A stretch of DNA of 20,027 nt from Paramicrosporidium saccamoebae KSL3 (taxonomy: Eukaryota; Fungi; Cryptomycota): assembly GCA_002794465.1 (NCBI GenBank), contig MTSL01000084.1, forward strand, positions 1-20,027, in the 5' to 3' direction. Shown here in pieces: positions 18,421-20,027 of this stretch. Both the position numbers and the translations under genes were made by a program. How positions within the stretch are numbered: position 1 is the stretch's first letter; the number at the start of each line of letters is the position of its first letter. The notes beneath the pieces are model-generated. The model made no database searches and was not told the origin of the DNA. It worked only from the letters and a program-made list of their open reading frames with translations.

Positions 18421-18762
18421 ATAAACCCCGAATCATCTCGTCTCGTTGCGCAAAAGAGTGTGGGGTAATTAATGCGTGGCGTAGTGAAACAGTTTGCGCT
18501 TAAGTAATGCTGGGCGTGTGCGGTAGTAGTTCCTGCACGCAGGTGAAAGAGCCTGTTAAACAGTATCCACTTACTATTGGCGAGTCTGATCCAGATAGCG
18601 GTCCCACAGTCCAGTTTAATTATATTAAGAATGGTCACCTATAGAGAAGCCATATACTTTAATAAAAGCAAGTTCACCCATCAACAAAGCCCTTAACCTA
18701 CAATTGGCAAGAACTTTATCGCTGCCTGGCTATTCAGAAAATATCCTTTATTGGGATTATTG

Positions 18763-18901
18763 TGTCGCGTAGTGGGGATAATACCACGGCCCAGTTTAGG
18801 CGAGAATAGAACCTGTTCACTGCTAATCCTAGAATAGTATGGATACACATCTCACTGTCCTCAAATACCTAACTAATCAATCCTCTATCTCTACGTCACA
18901 A
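18763..18901 (+). repeat. Dispersed repeat, copy B (partner at 3564..3639), with an extra 65 nt
   Basis: tgtcgcgTAGT-[61 nt]-TAGTatggatacacatctcactgtcctcaaatacctaactaatcaatcc... Confidence 0.88.
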
Positions 18902-19177
18902 TTGGGCCGTATTTATGCCATCTCACAGCAGCAAAGAAGCTTCCTTCCGTTAACTAATGCCTGTGATATCTCCCTTACTATGCGGCAAGAAACTCGATTA
19001 CCACCAATGACTGGTTTAGAGTCGTAGTACTTTGAATAAACTTTTCACAAGATAACTACCACTAATGATCCTACTACTAAATCACAGGTGACAGCCAATC
19101 AACGGTTTGTTTACTCATAGTAGCTTTTGGATCCGACCAATAAGGACTAAATTCGGACGTCTCTGATACCGAAAAGC

Positions 19178-20027
19178 ATGAATCAGCAGAGGAAACTGGG
19201 ATACTTTTTATCTTTCCTGCTGTTCGCTAGTGACTTTGTCGACGCAGAATGGTCGATACTTTCATCGATAGGTAAAGAAAAGAACAGGTGGATTCCCGAT
19301 ATATCTAGCTATGCGGCCAACGCTTACAATAATGTCACATCAACATTTGCCCCAACAGTTGAAGAAACGGGTGGGTGGATGCCTGACGTTTCTGGATATG
19401 CCTCTAATGCTTACGAAACGGCAAAGGCAACATTCTCACCGACTGTCGACGAGACAAGCTGGTGGGTGCCTGATGTTACTGGATATGCCTCTAGTGCTTA
19501 TAATAATGTGACATCAGCATTTGCGCCCGCAGTTGAAGAGACGGGCAGTTGGGTGCCTGATGTTACTGGATATGCTTCTAGCGCTTATAATAATGTGACA
19601 TCGTCACTTGCACCCACAGTTGAAGAGACGGGTGGATGGATTCCTGACGTTACTGGATACGCTTCTAGTGCCTATGAAAATGTGACATCGGCACTATCGC
19701 CGGCAGCTGAGGATGCTAGTGGGTGGATTCCCGATATATCAGAATACACGTCAAATGCTTACAACGCAGCAAAGTCGGCACTCTCACCGACAGCTGAGGA
19801 GACTAGTGGATGGATTCCAGATATATCAGAATACACGTCAAGTGCCTACGATACGGCAAAGTCGGTATTCTCGCCGGCGGCAGAGGAGACGAGTGGATGG
19901 ATTCCTGATGTGACCGGCTATGCTTCTAGTGCTTACGAAACGGCAAAGTCGGCACTCTCGCCGGCAGCTGAGGAGGCTAGTGGGTGGATTCCCGATATAT
20001 CAGAATACACGTCAAATGCTTACAACG
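19178..20027 (+). CDS. Secreted tandem-repeat protein (29-aa repeats), 3'-truncated by the window end; absent from the ORF track
   Basis: ATG at 19178 opens a stop-free frame to 20027: MNQQRKLGYFLSFLLFASDFVDA (signal-peptide-like), EWSILSSIGKEKNR, then repeats such as WIPDVTGYASSAYENVTSALSPAAEDASG. Confidence 0.88.
   Translation, partial: MNQQRKLGYFLSFLLFASDFVDAEWSILSSIGKEKNRWIPDISSYAANAYNNVTSTFAPTVEETGGWMPDVSGYASNAYETAKATFSPTVDETSWWVPDVTGYASSAYNNVTSAFAPAVEETGSWVPDVTGYASSAYNNVTSSLAPTVEETGGWIPDVTGYASSAYENVTSALSPAAEDASGWIPDISEYTSNAYNAAKSALSPTAEETSGWIPDISEYTSSAYDTAKSVFSPAAEETSGWIPDVTGYASSAYETAKSALSPAAEEASGWIPDISEYTSNAYN
19289..20027 (+). repeat. 87-bp coding tandem repeat, 8 full copies plus a partial ninth
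   Basis: Trp codons start units at 19289, 19376, 19463, 19550, 19637, 19724, 19811, 19898 and 19985. Confidence 0.97.

Noticed and set aside
11017-18573. Shared 12-mer AGTATCCACTTA at 11017 and 18562
   Set aside because: The match does not extend, and one 12-nt match is expected by chance among several kb of intergenic DNA.
18421-19177. Hidden gene, tRNA or snRNA in the largest intergenic gap
   Set aside because: Only short ORFs (62-73 aa) without motifs or splice repair, and no tRNA A/B boxes or snRNA signatures that I could recognise. An Infernal/Rfam scan would be decisive.

Overview
A gene-dense eukaryotic window, about 81% coding by my gene models, with 11 protein-coding genes. Left to right: a P2C-type (Na,K/H,K-like) P-type ATPase (-); a secreted, probably GPI-anchored CE4 chitin-deacetylase-like protein (-); an SRF/MCM1 MADS-box factor (-); CGI121 (-) head-to-head with LTN1 (+) across only 34 bp; MRT4 (+); a TBC Rab-GAP (-) head-to-head with BRF1 (+); an Slm1-like coiled-coil/PH protein (-); an unknown single-pass secretory protein (+); and a secreted protein of 29-aa tandem repeats that runs off the window end and is missing from the ORF track. 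Seven spliceosomal introns can be reconstructed, all 29-34 nt. The fungal-type genes, tiny introns and compaction suggest an early-diverging fungus or a Rozellomycota/early-microsporidian organism (inference only). I saw no rRNA, tRNA, CRISPR array or transposase. The most interesting signals are the 29-aa repeat secreted protein, non-canonical ion-binding residues in the ATPase, loss of both metal-binding His in the CE4 protein, a possible degenerate EEP fold in the orphan membrane protein, a dispersed repeat with a 65-nt indel, CArG/CCAAT promoter motifs, and several intergenic tandem arrays including a 10-tract G-quadruplex motif.
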